The notes under the pieces: generated by a model | Seen by the model: only the letters and a program-made list of their open reading frames with translations | Databases searched by the model: none | What the model was told of the DNA's origin: nothing | Sequence record: DRR723986_5625 | Strand: one strand, 5' to 3' | DNA: 64,000 bases | Shown: piece by piece, positions 19,915-29,111 of the stretch | Layout of the letters: the number at the start of each line of letters is the position of its first letter | Numbering within the stretch: position 1 is the first letter of the stretch | Made by a program: the position numbers and the translations under genes

Positions 19915-21174
19915 ATGCTGCCTATTCCCGATGACAGCCGCGCCCTGCTGGCGCACAAGCTGGCCCAGCAGCGGGCGCGTCCGGGTACTGCATTGGACGC
20001 CTACTTCTATCGCTCACCCGTGGCCTGGGACCTGGAACTGCGCGAGCTTGCCCTGCGCAGCTGGATTTACGCGGCCCACGTCTCGGAACTGCCTGCCCCG
20101 GGGGACTACCGCCTGCTGCAGATTGGCAGCGACTCGATCATCATCGCCCGCGGCGATGATGGCGCGCTCCGCGCCTTCGCCAACAGCTGTCGCCATCGCG
20201 GCGCCCGGGTTTGTGAAAGCCCCGCCGGTAATACCCGGACCTTTGTTTGCCCCTATCATGGCTGGGTGTACGGCAATGATGGCGGTTTGCGGGGCGCCCG
20301 GGAGATGGCGGGAGCCGCTGGCTTCGACCAGCAGGCCCTGGGTCTGCTGCCGCTGCGGCTGGTGGAATTCGAGGGCCTGGTATTCATTAACGCCGACCCC
20401 GATGCCGTTGATTTCAGCGCCGCCCTCGAGCGGGTGCGTGCCCCGCTGGCCGCCTATGAACTGCCGCGCGCGCAGATCGCACATCAGCACCAGTACCGGG
20501 TCAGGGCGAACTGGAAGCTGTGCCTGGAAAATTACCTGGAGTGCTATCACTGCGCCACCTCGCACCGAGCCTATGCGCGGCTGCATACCCTGAAGGATCC
20601 GCAGAGCAAGGTGCAGCCGGTGCTGGAGGCAATGTGGGCGCGGGCAGAGCAGGTAACGGGGGTGCCGGATATCACCCGTGAATGGCGCAGGATCTACGAC
20701 GGTGCTGAGGGCTTTGGTGCCTGTGTTTCACATCATCGTTACGGCCTGTTCGATGGCTATCTCACCGGTAGCCGGGATGGCCAGCCGGTCGCGCCACTGA
20801 TGGGAAGGATGCAGGGCTACGATGGGGGGGCCGGAGATTTCCAGTTCGGCCCGCTGACTTTCATGCTCAATTACCCCGATCACTGTGTGTTGTACCGCTT
20901 TCTGCCCCTGGGTCCGGATGAAACCGATATGACCGTGGTCTGGCTGGTCGACGGCGACGCCCGGGAGGGAGTCGACTACGACCGGGAGCGGCTCACCTGG
21001 CTGTGGCACCATACGACCCTTGAGGACGAGTACATTATTGGCCGTAACCGGGAGGGTGTGCTGTCTGAGCTGTTTCGCCCGGGGCCGCTGCAGCCCGAGT
21101 TCGAACAAACCCTGATGGGATTTCACCGTTGGTATCTGGCTAGCCTGGCTGCAAGGGTTGAATCTGGCGCCTGA
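19915..21174 (+). CDS. Rieske non-heme iron oxygenase alpha subunit (GbcA/choline monooxygenase-like)
   Basis: Rieske CRHRG...CPYHGW and mononuclear iron region NWK...ENYLECYHCATSH. Start taken at ATG 19915. Confidence 0.88.
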   Translation: MLPIPDDSRALLAHKLAQQRARPGTALDAYFYRSPVAWDLELRELALRSWIYAAHVSELPAPGDYRLLQIGSDSIIIARGDDGALRAFANSCRHRGARVCESPAGNTRTFVCPYHGWVYGNDGGLRGAREMAGAAGFDQQALGLLPLRLVEFEGLVFINADPDAVDFSAALERVRAPLAAYELPRAQIAHQHQYRVRANWKLCLENYLECYHCATSHRAYARLHTLKDPQSKVQPVLEAMWARAEQVTGVPDITREWRRIYDGAEGFGACVSHHRYGLFDGYLTGSRDGQPVAPLMGRMQGYDGGAGDFQFGPLTFMLNYPDHCVLYRFLPLGPDETDMTVVWLVDGDAREGVDYDRERLTWLWHHTTLEDEYIIGRNREGVLSELFRPGPLQPEFEQTLMGFHRWYLASLAARVESGA

Positions 21175-21300
21175 GGCGGAGGTCCCCCAAACCGGCCGGC
21201 GAATCCGGGCTGATTCCGGGGGGGCGCTTGCCCTTGGCCGCGTAGTCGGCAACTATAGCCGACCGCGCGTGACGGGCGCGGACGACAGGGAGAGAACCTT

Positions 21301-22413
21301 ATGGAGAGCCCAGCAGAAAGCCTGACCCTGGAAGTGCGCCGGGATGACTGGGCCACTGCCCGCGTTCTGCACCAGCCGCTGGCGGCCGATCTGGGTGAGG
21401 ACGAGGTGCTGCTGCGCGTCGAACGGTTTGCCCTCACTGCCAATAATATTTCCTACTGTTTCAGTGGTGACCTGCTGGGGTACTGGGGTTTTTTCCCAGC
21501 AGAGGAGGGTTGGGGCCGAATCCCGGTCATGGGTTACGCCCGGGTACTGGCGTCGGCGAATTCGCTGGTGGCTGTCGGTGAACGGGTGTGGGGGTTTTTC
21601 CCCATGTCTACCCACTTGCGGGTCAAGGCCGGCAAGGTCAATCCGCACAGTTTCGTGGATGTGTCGCCCCACCGGGCGGCCTTTGCTCCGGTGTACGCAC
21701 AGTACCAGCGCGCCGCAGGGAACCCGATTTATGAACCGGCCCGGGAGGATCAGGACAGCTTGCTGCGCGGCCTGTTCCTGACGTCCTGGCTGTGTGAGGA
21801 TTTCCTGCATGACAACGGTGGCTTCGGAGCCGGTGCCTGCCTGATCACCAGCGCCTCCAGCAAGACCAGTATCGCCCTGGCCCACACCCTGGCCGCGCGC
21901 GGCGAGCTGCGCACGGTCGGTATCACTTCCAGCGGCAACCTCGACTTCTGCCGTGAGCTTGGCTGCTACGCCGATGTACTCAGCTACGACCAGATCGAAG
22001 ACCTTAACAGCAGCGAAGCCGTGGTCCTGGTGGACATGGCCGGCAGCGCCGACATTACTGGTCGGGTGCATCGGCATTTTGCTGAACAGCTGCGTTACTC
22101 CTGCATGATCGGTGCAACCCACTACCAGGAAGCCGGCACCACCGAGGGACTTCCGGGGGCCACACCGGCGTTCTTCTTTGCCCCGACCCAGGCCCAGAAG
22201 CGCACCGCCGAGTGGGGCCCCGGGGAGATCGAACGCCGTATGGGTCAAAGCTTTGTTGCCTTCAGGCGGTTCTGCGACGGCTGGCTCAAGGTGGTGCGCC
22301 ACTGGGGCCCCGAGGCGTCCCAGGCCGCCTATCAGCAGGTGCTGGATGGCAGGCAATCGCCCCGGGAAGGTTGTATCGTCTCCCTGTGGGACGCCCACCA
22401 GGGTATCGGATGA
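21301..22413 (+). CDS. DUF2855 family protein
   Basis: FALTANNISY..GD.LGYWGFFP, GRIPVMG, GFFPMS, LFLTS, SASSKT and FFFAP. Confidence 0.85.
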   Translation: MESPAESLTLEVRRDDWATARVLHQPLAADLGEDEVLLRVERFALTANNISYCFSGDLLGYWGFFPAEEGWGRIPVMGYARVLASANSLVAVGERVWGFFPMSTHLRVKAGKVNPHSFVDVSPHRAAFAPVYAQYQRAAGNPIYEPAREDQDSLLRGLFLTSWLCEDFLHDNGGFGAGACLITSASSKTSIALAHTLAARGELRTVGITSSGNLDFCRELGCYADVLSYDQIEDLNSSEAVVLVDMAGSADITGRVHRHFAEQLRYSCMIGATHYQEAGTTEGLPGATPAFFFAPTQAQKRTAEWGPGEIERRMGQSFVAFRRFCDGWLKVVRHWGPEASQAAYQQVLDGRQSPREGCIVSLWDAHQGIG

Positions 22414-23801
22414 CTAAATCACGCGGGGAACAGGCGCCAATGGCCGAGCAATTTCAGGAGCAGGGCGGTACTGCAACGATGGACCCGTCGCGATTCAGGC
22501 GCTGGATGGCTTCCCGCATCCTGTCGCGTCTGATCCGGCCGCAGGTCGCGGAGAAACAGCATCGCAAGGCTGAAGAACGGCGCCAGCGAGAGGGTCTCCC
22601 GCACCGGGTTGAGTACTTCCACCAGGTAGATGATGCCTACAGCGCCCTGGCGGCGCAGACCCTTGCACCGCTGCTGGCTCGCTACGATGTCGAGCTTGTC
22701 GTCCATCTTGTCACCGGTCCCCATGGCCGGAACCTGCCGGACCCGGAGCGTCTGTTACCCCTGGCCCGTTACGATTCCGGCATGGTGGCTGCGCATTACG
22801 GGCTGGAGTTCCCGCGCCACCCGGTAGCACCGGAGCATGAGCAGGTGGATCTGGTAACCCGGATGCTGGTGGCCGCGCCGCTCACCGCGTTCCCCGACCT
22901 TGCAAGCCGCGCGGGCAAGGCCCTGTTTACCCCGGGGGGTGACCTCGCCAGCATACTGGACAAGCACCCTGTGGCGTCGGAGGAGGTCGCGCAGCAGAGA
23001 CTGGCGGAGGGCGATGCGCGCCTTGCCGAGTTGCAGCACTACTCGGGCGCGATGTTTTTCTACGGTGATGAATGGTACTGGGGTGTCGACCGACTGTATC
23101 ACCTGGAGGCGCGTTGGCGTTCGCTGGGGCTGGGCCAGACCGGTGACCCGCTGTTCCCGCGCCCGCAGATTGAACCCGGCAGCTACCGCGCCAATGGCAG
23201 TCTCACCCTGGAGCTTTACGCCTCGCTGCGCAGCCCCTATACCGCGATTGTGTTTGATCGCGCGGTGGAGCTTGCCGAGCGCACCGGGGTCCGGCTGGAG
23301 TTGCGCCCGGTGCTGCCGATGGTCATGCGCGGCGTATCGCTTACCCGGCAGAAGGGGCTGTATATTTTTCGCGATGCCGCGCGCGAGGCCCGTGCCCAGG
23401 GCGGTGACCTGGGCCCGTTCTACGACCCGATCGGTGAACCGGTGCGCCGGGCGTATTCGCTGGTTCCCTGGGCCCGAGAGCAGGGCAAGCATGTTGCCCT
23501 GATGAGCGCTTTCCTCCAGGCCGCCTTTCACCAGGGAATCAACACCAATACGGATCGCGGCCTGCGCAAGGTAGTGGAATCGGCCGGTTTGTCATGGGAG
23601 GCGGCGCAGGCGGTAATCGACAACGAGGACTGGCAGCAGGAACTGGAAGCCAACCGACAGCAGATGCTGGCTTCCGGCGCCTGGGGTGTTCCAAGTTTTC
23701 GCCTGCTCGACAGCGAGGGAGAAGAGGTCTGCTGGGCCTGGGGCCAGGATCGCCTGTGGCTGATGGCAAGGGAAATACAACGCTTGCTGGTGCAGGCCTG
23801 A
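22410..23801 (+). CDS. Tandem DsbA-like / 2-hydroxychromene-2-carboxylate isomerase (GST-kappa) domain protein
   Basis: Two kappa-GST-like halves: YFHQVDDAYS...YWGVDRL and YASLRSPYT...WGVPSF...WGQDRL. ATGA overlap with the upstream stop; alternative start at 22440. Confidence 0.8.
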   Translation: MTKSRGEQAPMAEQFQEQGGTATMDPSRFRRWMASRILSRLIRPQVAEKQHRKAEERRQREGLPHRVEYFHQVDDAYSALAAQTLAPLLARYDVELVVHLVTGPHGRNLPDPERLLPLARYDSGMVAAHYGLEFPRHPVAPEHEQVDLVTRMLVAAPLTAFPDLASRAGKALFTPGGDLASILDKHPVASEEVAQQRLAEGDARLAELQHYSGAMFFYGDEWYWGVDRLYHLEARWRSLGLGQTGDPLFPRPQIEPGSYRANGSLTLELYASLRSPYTAIVFDRAVELAERTGVRLELRPVLPMVMRGVSLTRQKGLYIFRDAAREARAQGGDLGPFYDPIGEPVRRAYSLVPWAREQGKHVALMSAFLQAAFHQGINTNTDRGLRKVVESAGLSWEAAQAVIDNEDWQQELEANRQQMLASGAWGVPSFRLLDSEGEEVCWAWGQDRLWLMAREIQRLLVQA

Positions 23802-23818
23802 GTGAACGGGGATCGCTG

Positions 23819-24925
23819 ATGGCGGACTATGTGCTCTACGGTGGTGACCTGTCTTATTACACGGGCAAGGCATTGGCTTACCTGCGCTTCAAGGCCTTGG
23901 ACTTTGACTATCGGCCGGCGACGCGGGAGGTGTACCGCGAACTGATTGTGCCCCGGGTTGGGGCGCCCATTGTCCCGGTGCTGCAGACCAGCACCGGGGA
24001 GGTGGTGCAGGACACCACGGACATCATCGACTTTCTCGAGGTCCGGCACCCGGAGGTGTCCGTCTATCCGGAGGGTCCGGTCCAGCGCCTGGTTGCTCTG
24101 CTACTGGAACTCTACGGCGACGAATGGCTGATCATACCGGCCATGCACTATCGCTGGAGCGTATTGGACCAGCAATACGACTTCATCATGTCTGAATTCG
24201 GTCGGCTCAGTGCGCCGGACGCCAGTCGCGAAGAGCAGATCGCTATCGGGGAGAAAACGTCCCGGCCGTTTCGTGGCTCCATCGGCGCCCTGGGCATCAG
24301 CGAGGCAACGGTCCCCGCCATCGAGGCGGGCTATCGCCAGTTGCTGGCGCAATTGAATGGCCATTTCTCGGAATTTGATTTCCTGCTCGGCAGCCGGCCC
24401 TCGATCGGCGACTTCGGTCTGATCGGGCCCTTGTACGCCCACCTGGGTCGCGACCCGGTGCCGCGCGCGCTGATGGAGGAGACGGCGCCCCAGGTCTATG
24501 CCTGGGTGCAGCGGATGATGCATCCGGCAGCGCTGGCGGGTGAGTTCCTCGCAGGCGACCGGGTGCCGGATTCGCTGCTGCCGGTACTGCGGACCCAGAG
24601 TGCTGAGCAGTTGCCCGATGTACTGGACGTGATTGCCCACAATGAGGCCTGGCTGGCGGCGAATCCCGGTGGCAGTATTCCCCGGGTGCTGGGCATGCAT
24701 GCCTTCACAACCGGTGGCTGCGAGGGGCAGCGCTATATCCACAGTTATGCGCAGTGGCTGTTCCAACGGGCGCTGGACCACTACCGTGGCCTGGCCGGCG
24801 ATGACAAGTCCCGTGCTGATGCACTGCTGCAGGCCGTCGGCGCGTATGATGCTTTTCAGGTGCAGCTGACCTACCGTGTCGCGCGCAAGCCGGGACAACT
24901 GGAGCTGGTTGCTGCCGGCACATGA
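23819..24925 (+). CDS. Glutathione S-transferase family protein
   Basis: SYYTGKALAYL, VPVL, QDTTDII, ELYGDEW, FLLGSRPSIGDFGL and YAHLGRDP. Start at ATG 23819. Confidence 0.85.
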   Translation: MADYVLYGGDLSYYTGKALAYLRFKALDFDYRPATREVYRELIVPRVGAPIVPVLQTSTGEVVQDTTDIIDFLEVRHPEVSVYPEGPVQRLVALLLELYGDEWLIIPAMHYRWSVLDQQYDFIMSEFGRLSAPDASREEQIAIGEKTSRPFRGSIGALGISEATVPAIEAGYRQLLAQLNGHFSEFDFLLGSRPSIGDFGLIGPLYAHLGRDPVPRALMEETAPQVYAWVQRMMHPAALAGEFLAGDRVPDSLLPVLRTQSAEQLPDVLDVIAHNEAWLAANPGGSIPRVLGMHAFTTGGCEGQRYIHSYAQWLFQRALDHYRGLAGDDKSRADALLQAVGAYDAFQVQLTYRVARKPGQLELVAAGT

Positions 24926-24961
24926 TTAACGTTTAACAATAAACCACAGGAGTGATAAGGA

Positions 24962-25837
24962 ATGGATAATTTTTCAGGAAAAGTGGCCGTAGTAACCGGC
25001 GGAGCCAGCGGTATTGGCCGTTCGCTGGTGCTCGAATTGCTCAATGCCGGCGCCAAGGTAGTCATTGGCGACGTGGAGCAGTCGGCGCTTGACCGCGTAC
25101 TCGGCGAGCTCGGCGAGCTGGGTGAGGTCACGGGTAAGGTGACCGATGTATCCAGCCTCGAGTCGGTGACCGCCCTGGCGGACTTTGTTTACGAGCAGCA
25201 TGGGGCTTGCCATTTGCTGTTCAATAACGCCGGTGTCGCAGCGCCCTCTGCCAATGTCTGGGAGACGACGCCCAATGACTGGAAGTGGGTCCACGGGGTC
25301 AACGTGCTTGGCGTGGTCTATGGTATTCAGGCCTTTGTACCGCGGATGATTGCCGGAGGCGAGGAGGGGCATGTGATCAATACCTCGTCCGGAGATGGCG
25401 GCATTTCCCCGCTTCCCTACCAGTCGGTCTACGCCTCCAGCAAAGCGGCGGTGTCCTGTATCACCGAGTGCCTGTCAGCACAGCTGCAGACGGAAGAAAC
25501 CCGTCTGGGTGCATCGATCTTCTATCCCTCCGGCGGCCTGCTGGATACCGGTATCTGGACCACCGATCGCAACCGGCCGAGTGACCTGGCCCGGGAAAAG
25601 CCCACCGATCCGGTGCCAACGGTAGCGGACTTCAAGGTGGCGGCCGAGGCGGCCGGGATGACGCTGGAGTTCCAGGACCTGGACGAGCTGGCCCGGTTCT
25701 GCCTCGATGGCGTGCTTGCCCGCCGCTTTGTCATCATGATCGGCGTCGAGGAAGCCGAGGCCACATTGCAGAATCGTGCCTCTCGCATCGGTCGCGCTGA
25801 ACTGCCTATCGATCTCGCCGAAGTGCCCCAGCTGTAA
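24962..25837 (+). CDS. Short-chain dehydrogenase/reductase
   Basis: TGGASGIG, NNAG, NTSS and YASSK (YxxxK). Confidence 0.92.
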   Translation: MDNFSGKVAVVTGGASGIGRSLVLELLNAGAKVVIGDVEQSALDRVLGELGELGEVTGKVTDVSSLESVTALADFVYEQHGACHLLFNNAGVAAPSANVWETTPNDWKWVHGVNVLGVVYGIQAFVPRMIAGGEEGHVINTSSGDGGISPLPYQSVYASSKAAVSCITECLSAQLQTEETRLGASIFYPSGGLLDTGIWTTDRNRPSDLAREKPTDPVPTVADFKVAAEAAGMTLEFQDLDELARFCLDGVLARRFVIMIGVEEAEATLQNRASRIGRAELPIDLAEVPQL

Positions 25838-25842
25838 GGGGG

Positions 25843-25874
25843 TGCCTGCCTTCGCCATACGGCGAGGGCAGGCA
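25843..25874. terminator. Strong hairpin between convergent SDR and plcP genes
   Basis: TGCCTGCCTTCGCC-ATAC-GGCGAGGGCAGGCA, a 14-bp stem with one G-U pair and no U-tract. Confidence 0.5.
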
Positions 25875-25900
25875 GCTCAGCCAGTGATTCCCCTTCCGGC

Positions 25901-26716
25901 TCAGGCCGAGCTAGACTCGGCCGCAGTCTCGGCAATCACCAGCTGTGACGGATCGCCCGGGGCATGGAGCCCCCGGATCAGGTGGAGCTGGCCACTGAAA
26001 TCTTCTACCAGAGCGGTACAGTTTTCCACCCAGTCACCGTCATTGCAGTAGAGTATGTCGTCGAACTTCCTGACCACGGGATAGTGCAGGTGGCCGCAGA
26101 TAATACCGTCGAAACCGCGATCGCGGGTCATGATGACCGCCGCTTCCTGATAGGCCCTGATGGCTCTCTCGGCCTGGGACACATTTACCTTGACCCATTT
26201 TGCCAATGACCAGTAGGGCTTCCCCATGTGCTCACGCACGTGGTTTACCCAGCGGTTCACCCACATCAGGAAATCGTAGCCAAAATCGCCGATAGCCCGA
26301 TTGAGGCGACTGTAGCGCACCGCGTAGTCCAGTTCATCGCCGTGGGTGACCAGCATGCGCTTGCCCTCTGCGGTGACGTGAACGACTTGCTCCCGGATTT
26401 TCACGTTGCCGAACTCATTGCCGCACAACTCACGGAAGTTCTGGTCGTGGTTGCCGGGGATGTAAATCACCTCGACATTGTGGCGGGACATCTTGAGGAT
26501 CTTCCGCAAGACTTTGTTGTGGGTCTCGGGCCAGTAAACCCGACGGTGCATCGCCCAGACGTCGACGATATCCCCTACCAGGTAGAGTCGTTCACAGTGG
26601 ACACGATCTAGCAGCTGGATCAGTTGTTCCGCTTTGCTGTGGATGCTGCCCAGATGAACATCAGAAATCCACAGTGTCTTGCAATCAATCCTGCCGTCAG
26701 GCCTCACTGCCTCCAT
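25901..26716 (-). CDS. plcP: Metallophosphoesterase, PlcP-type phospholipase C (lipid remodelling)
   Basis: SDVHLG, GDIVD, GNHD (His, where LpxH has Arg), HGD, CGHLH and NDGDWVE. Overlaps the olsF-like gene by 20 bp under a Pho box. Confidence 0.78.
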   Translation of the reverse strand: MEAVRPDGRIDCKTLWISDVHLGSIHSKAEQLIQLLDRVHCERLYLVGDIVDVWAMHRRVYWPETHNKVLRKILKMSRHNVEVIYIPGNHDQNFRELCGNEFGNVKIREQVVHVTAEGKRMLVTHGDELDYAVRYSRLNRAIGDFGYDFLMWVNRWVNHVREHMGKPYWSLAKWVKVNVSQAERAIRAYQEAAVIMTRDRGFDGIICGHLHYPVVRKFDDILYCNDGDWVENCTALVEDFSGQLHLIRGLHAPGDPSQLVIAETAAESSSA

Positions 26717-28439
26717 CGTCGCTTCCCTCCCCTCCGAGATAGCGTTTACGTTTGCGTGGTTTCAACTGCTCGAGGTCTGCGAGCACGAAACCGTCAACAC
26801 AGTCACCAAATTCACGGTCGACGTTGAATGCGGTGAATGTCACTCCTTCCGGCGTGGTCGCCTGGGAATAATGTTTGTACAGGGTAGGCACTGGCAGACC
26901 CCGCTCAGCGAGTGTGTCACGCAAGGCCTTGAAATCCTCTTCCGCATCGCAGCCGCCGAACTCTGTTGCAAATTTGCGCAGCAGGTCCGGCTTTATGACA
27001 AATGGGTCGCGTGGGGTGACGTCAATAGGGCGGTGGTTGTAATGGCTACCGTAATAGTAGGCCAGTCGGGCAATGCCTTCTTCGCCGTAATAGCGACTGA
27101 TCGAGGCCGGACCATAGAGGTAGCGATAGCCTGGGTACTTGCGCACAAATGCTCCGATACCACACCACAGATAATCCAGGCTGTGGCGAGTCTGGTAGCG
27201 TGCCTGGACGAAGCTGCGCCCCAGTTCGAGGCCCTGCCGCAGGGCTGGCAGCATCGAGTCGCCGAACTTGAACAGGGTGTTGGTATACAGACCCTCCAGT
27301 CCCCGTTTATCGAGCAGCGCCCGGCTGTCGCCGATACGGTATGCGCCAACGATTTCCAGGTCATCTGTATCCCAGAGCACAAGCTGCAGGTAATCCCTGT
27401 CGAAGCGATCGATGTCTCGCGGCAGGCCCGAGCCCTCGCCCACGGCGCGAAATGTCAGTTCTCGCAGCCTGCCGATTTCCCTCATGACGCAGGGCGCCTG
27501 CTCCATGCGGCACAGGTAGATGCGCTTGCCGTCAGTTGTCTCGCCGAGGATTTCGTTTTGCGCCAGCTCACGTTTCAGCAGGTGGCGGTTTTCAGGCGGT
27601 GCAACGGTTTCAACCGAGCGGAAAATCGGTTTGCCACCCTTGGCCAGGCGATAGACATGCTTGCGGAACATCCGCGAAATCTGGCGGGCCGAAAAATCGT
27701 TGGCAGTGTAGATATCGTGCGGCACCGGTCGGCCGACCCGTGCATCCACGGTGTTGTGGCTTTGCTTGAACATCTCGCGAACGAGCCAGGCCGTCGACAG
27801 TGGCTTGGCCAGGAACGATAGGCTGTAGAAAAACAGCGAGTTACGGCCAGCCACGAACACCGGCAGGATAGGAGAACGGGTAGCCGCCGCAATCTTTACG
27901 AAACCACTCTGCCACTCGCCGTCCTTGACGCCGCGGGCCCCGAATCGGGATACCTCACCTGCGGGGAAGATGATCAGGGCGCCTTCCTGTTCGAGATGGG
28001 CGCGTATATTCCTGAGATTGGTGCGCGCGGTATTGCCACCCATGTTGTTTACCGGCAGTAGTACCGGGTCAAGCGGGGCAATGTTGGTCAACAGGTCGTT
28101 GGCGACAACTTTTACGTCCGCGCGCACCTGCCGAACGAGGTTCAGCAGGGCCAGTCCGTCCAGCGAGCCGATCGGGTGGTTCGCCGCAATGACGACCCGG
28201 CCGCTCGCAGGGATGCGCGCTCGCTCGCCTTCGCGCAGGCGCAGGTTGAAATCGAAGTAGCGCAGGGTTTCTTCGACAAAGTCAAAACCTTCGAGGTGGG
28301 GGTAGTCGCGTTCGAACTGTTGGAAGCGCGAGGCGTGGAATAGATAACTCAGAAAGCGCCCCAGGGTCTGGGCCGTTTTTTGATGGCGTTTGACGAACTT
28401 CGGGTAGCGTGTTTCCAGAACATGCTGGATGTCAAACAT
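26697..28439 (-). CDS. olsF: Bifunctional acyltransferase, OlsF-like ornithine lipid synthase
   Basis: N-terminal PlsC-type domain (NHPIGSLDG, IFPAGEVS) plus C-terminal GNAT/OlsB-like domain (EIGRLRELTFRAVGEG, EIVGAYR, LELGRSFV, LDYLWCGIG, PTLYKHY). Start at ATG 28439. Confidence 0.82.
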   Translation of the reverse strand: MFDIQHVLETRYPKFVKRHQKTAQTLGRFLSYLFHASRFQQFERDYPHLEGFDFVEETLRYFDFNLRLREGERARIPASGRVVIAANHPIGSLDGLALLNLVRQVRADVKVVANDLLTNIAPLDPVLLPVNNMGGNTARTNLRNIRAHLEQEGALIIFPAGEVSRFGARGVKDGEWQSGFVKIAAATRSPILPVFVAGRNSLFFYSLSFLAKPLSTAWLVREMFKQSHNTVDARVGRPVPHDIYTANDFSARQISRMFRKHVYRLAKGGKPIFRSVETVAPPENRHLLKRELAQNEILGETTDGKRIYLCRMEQAPCVMREIGRLRELTFRAVGEGSGLPRDIDRFDRDYLQLVLWDTDDLEIVGAYRIGDSRALLDKRGLEGLYTNTLFKFGDSMLPALRQGLELGRSFVQARYQTRHSLDYLWCGIGAFVRKYPGYRYLYGPASISRYYGEEGIARLAYYYGSHYNHRPIDVTPRDPFVIKPDLLRKFATEFGGCDAEEDFKALRDTLAERGLPVPTLYKHYSQATTPEGVTFTAFNVDREFGDCVDGFVLADLEQLKPRKRKRYLGGEGSDDGGSEA

Positions 28440-28449
28440 GATGGTCCCT

Positions 28450-28644
28450 CTATTCTTCAATAAAATTGCGTAGCTCATTCTGGCTATGCCAGACCGAGCC
28501 GCGCTCGCACGCAGCCTGAACCGGCTGCTTTCCCAGTACATGTATCTCACCGCCCTTGTTGAGGAATTCCTCAACCTGGCTGCTGATCTCGTTGCGGATT
28601 TTTTCTTTTTGATAGTCGACGACTGAATTGACGTGGCTGGACAT
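28450..28644 (-). CDS. 64-aa protein resembling the RNAP-binding core of SutA
   Basis: QKEKIRNEISSQVEEFLNKGGEI resembles the SutA helix/EEFLxxGGxV motif. AAGGG upstream; 10 bp from the olsF start. Confidence 0.65.
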   Translation of the reverse strand: MSSHVNSVVDYQKEKIRNEISSQVEEFLNKGGEIHVLGKQPVQAACERGSVWHSQNELRNFIEE

Positions 28645-28703
28645 TTGCTGACCCTTCTGACGTGCAATTGCTGCGAAGAATGCGGTCTTCAAGTTGCAGA
28701 AAA

Positions 28704-28732
28704 AATACAAAACGATGAATGATTTATGACCG
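28704..28732 (-). promoter_or_regulatory. Pho box (PhoB site) upstream of the SutA-like-olsF-plcP operon
   Basis: Minus strand CGGTCAT-AAAT-CATTCAT-CGTT-TTGTATT, an 11-bp periodicity matching CTGTCAT-N4 repeats. Confidence 0.65.
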
Positions 28733-28940
28733 AAGCGGGGAGGGCATCAGGGCCTCTTCGCGTGCGTCATCGAGATGGACGCTCCGCAAAAATCCGTTTC
28801 AGCGCCGCCGAGATATTGGTTGCTTGGTTCGAGCGGCTCAACCCGGCTCGGCTCGAAGCCGCGTAAGACATTGATTTGGATGAAGTAAATTTTCGGGTGT
28901 TGGCTGACGGCCTGGTCAGTCTGTCAGCCAGACCATGGTT

Positions 28941-28996
28941 TTGTCACAGAACTGCAACATTTGAATAACAATTTTGTCATTTTTCCAGTCTAGGAT
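28941..28996 (+). promoter_or_regulatory. Four-unit Pho box array plus -10 element upstream of the TonB-dependent receptor
   Basis: TTGTCAC-AGAA-CTGCAAC-ATTT-GAATAAC-AATT-TTGTCAT, then 10 nt, then TAGGAT. Confidence 0.78.
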
Positions 28997-29111
28997 GCGC
29001 CCAAATCAGGCCTTCGCACTGTTGGCGGCTCGTAAGGATTTGGCAGTGCGACGCTTGTTCAGGGAATACGAAATGCATCGTTTCAGCACCCAGGCATAAG
29101 GCGCCCGTTAT

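Noticed and set aside
25901-26716. Calling this gene lpxH
   Set aside because: GNHD rather than GNRD, plus linkage to olsF and a Pho box, favour PlcP.
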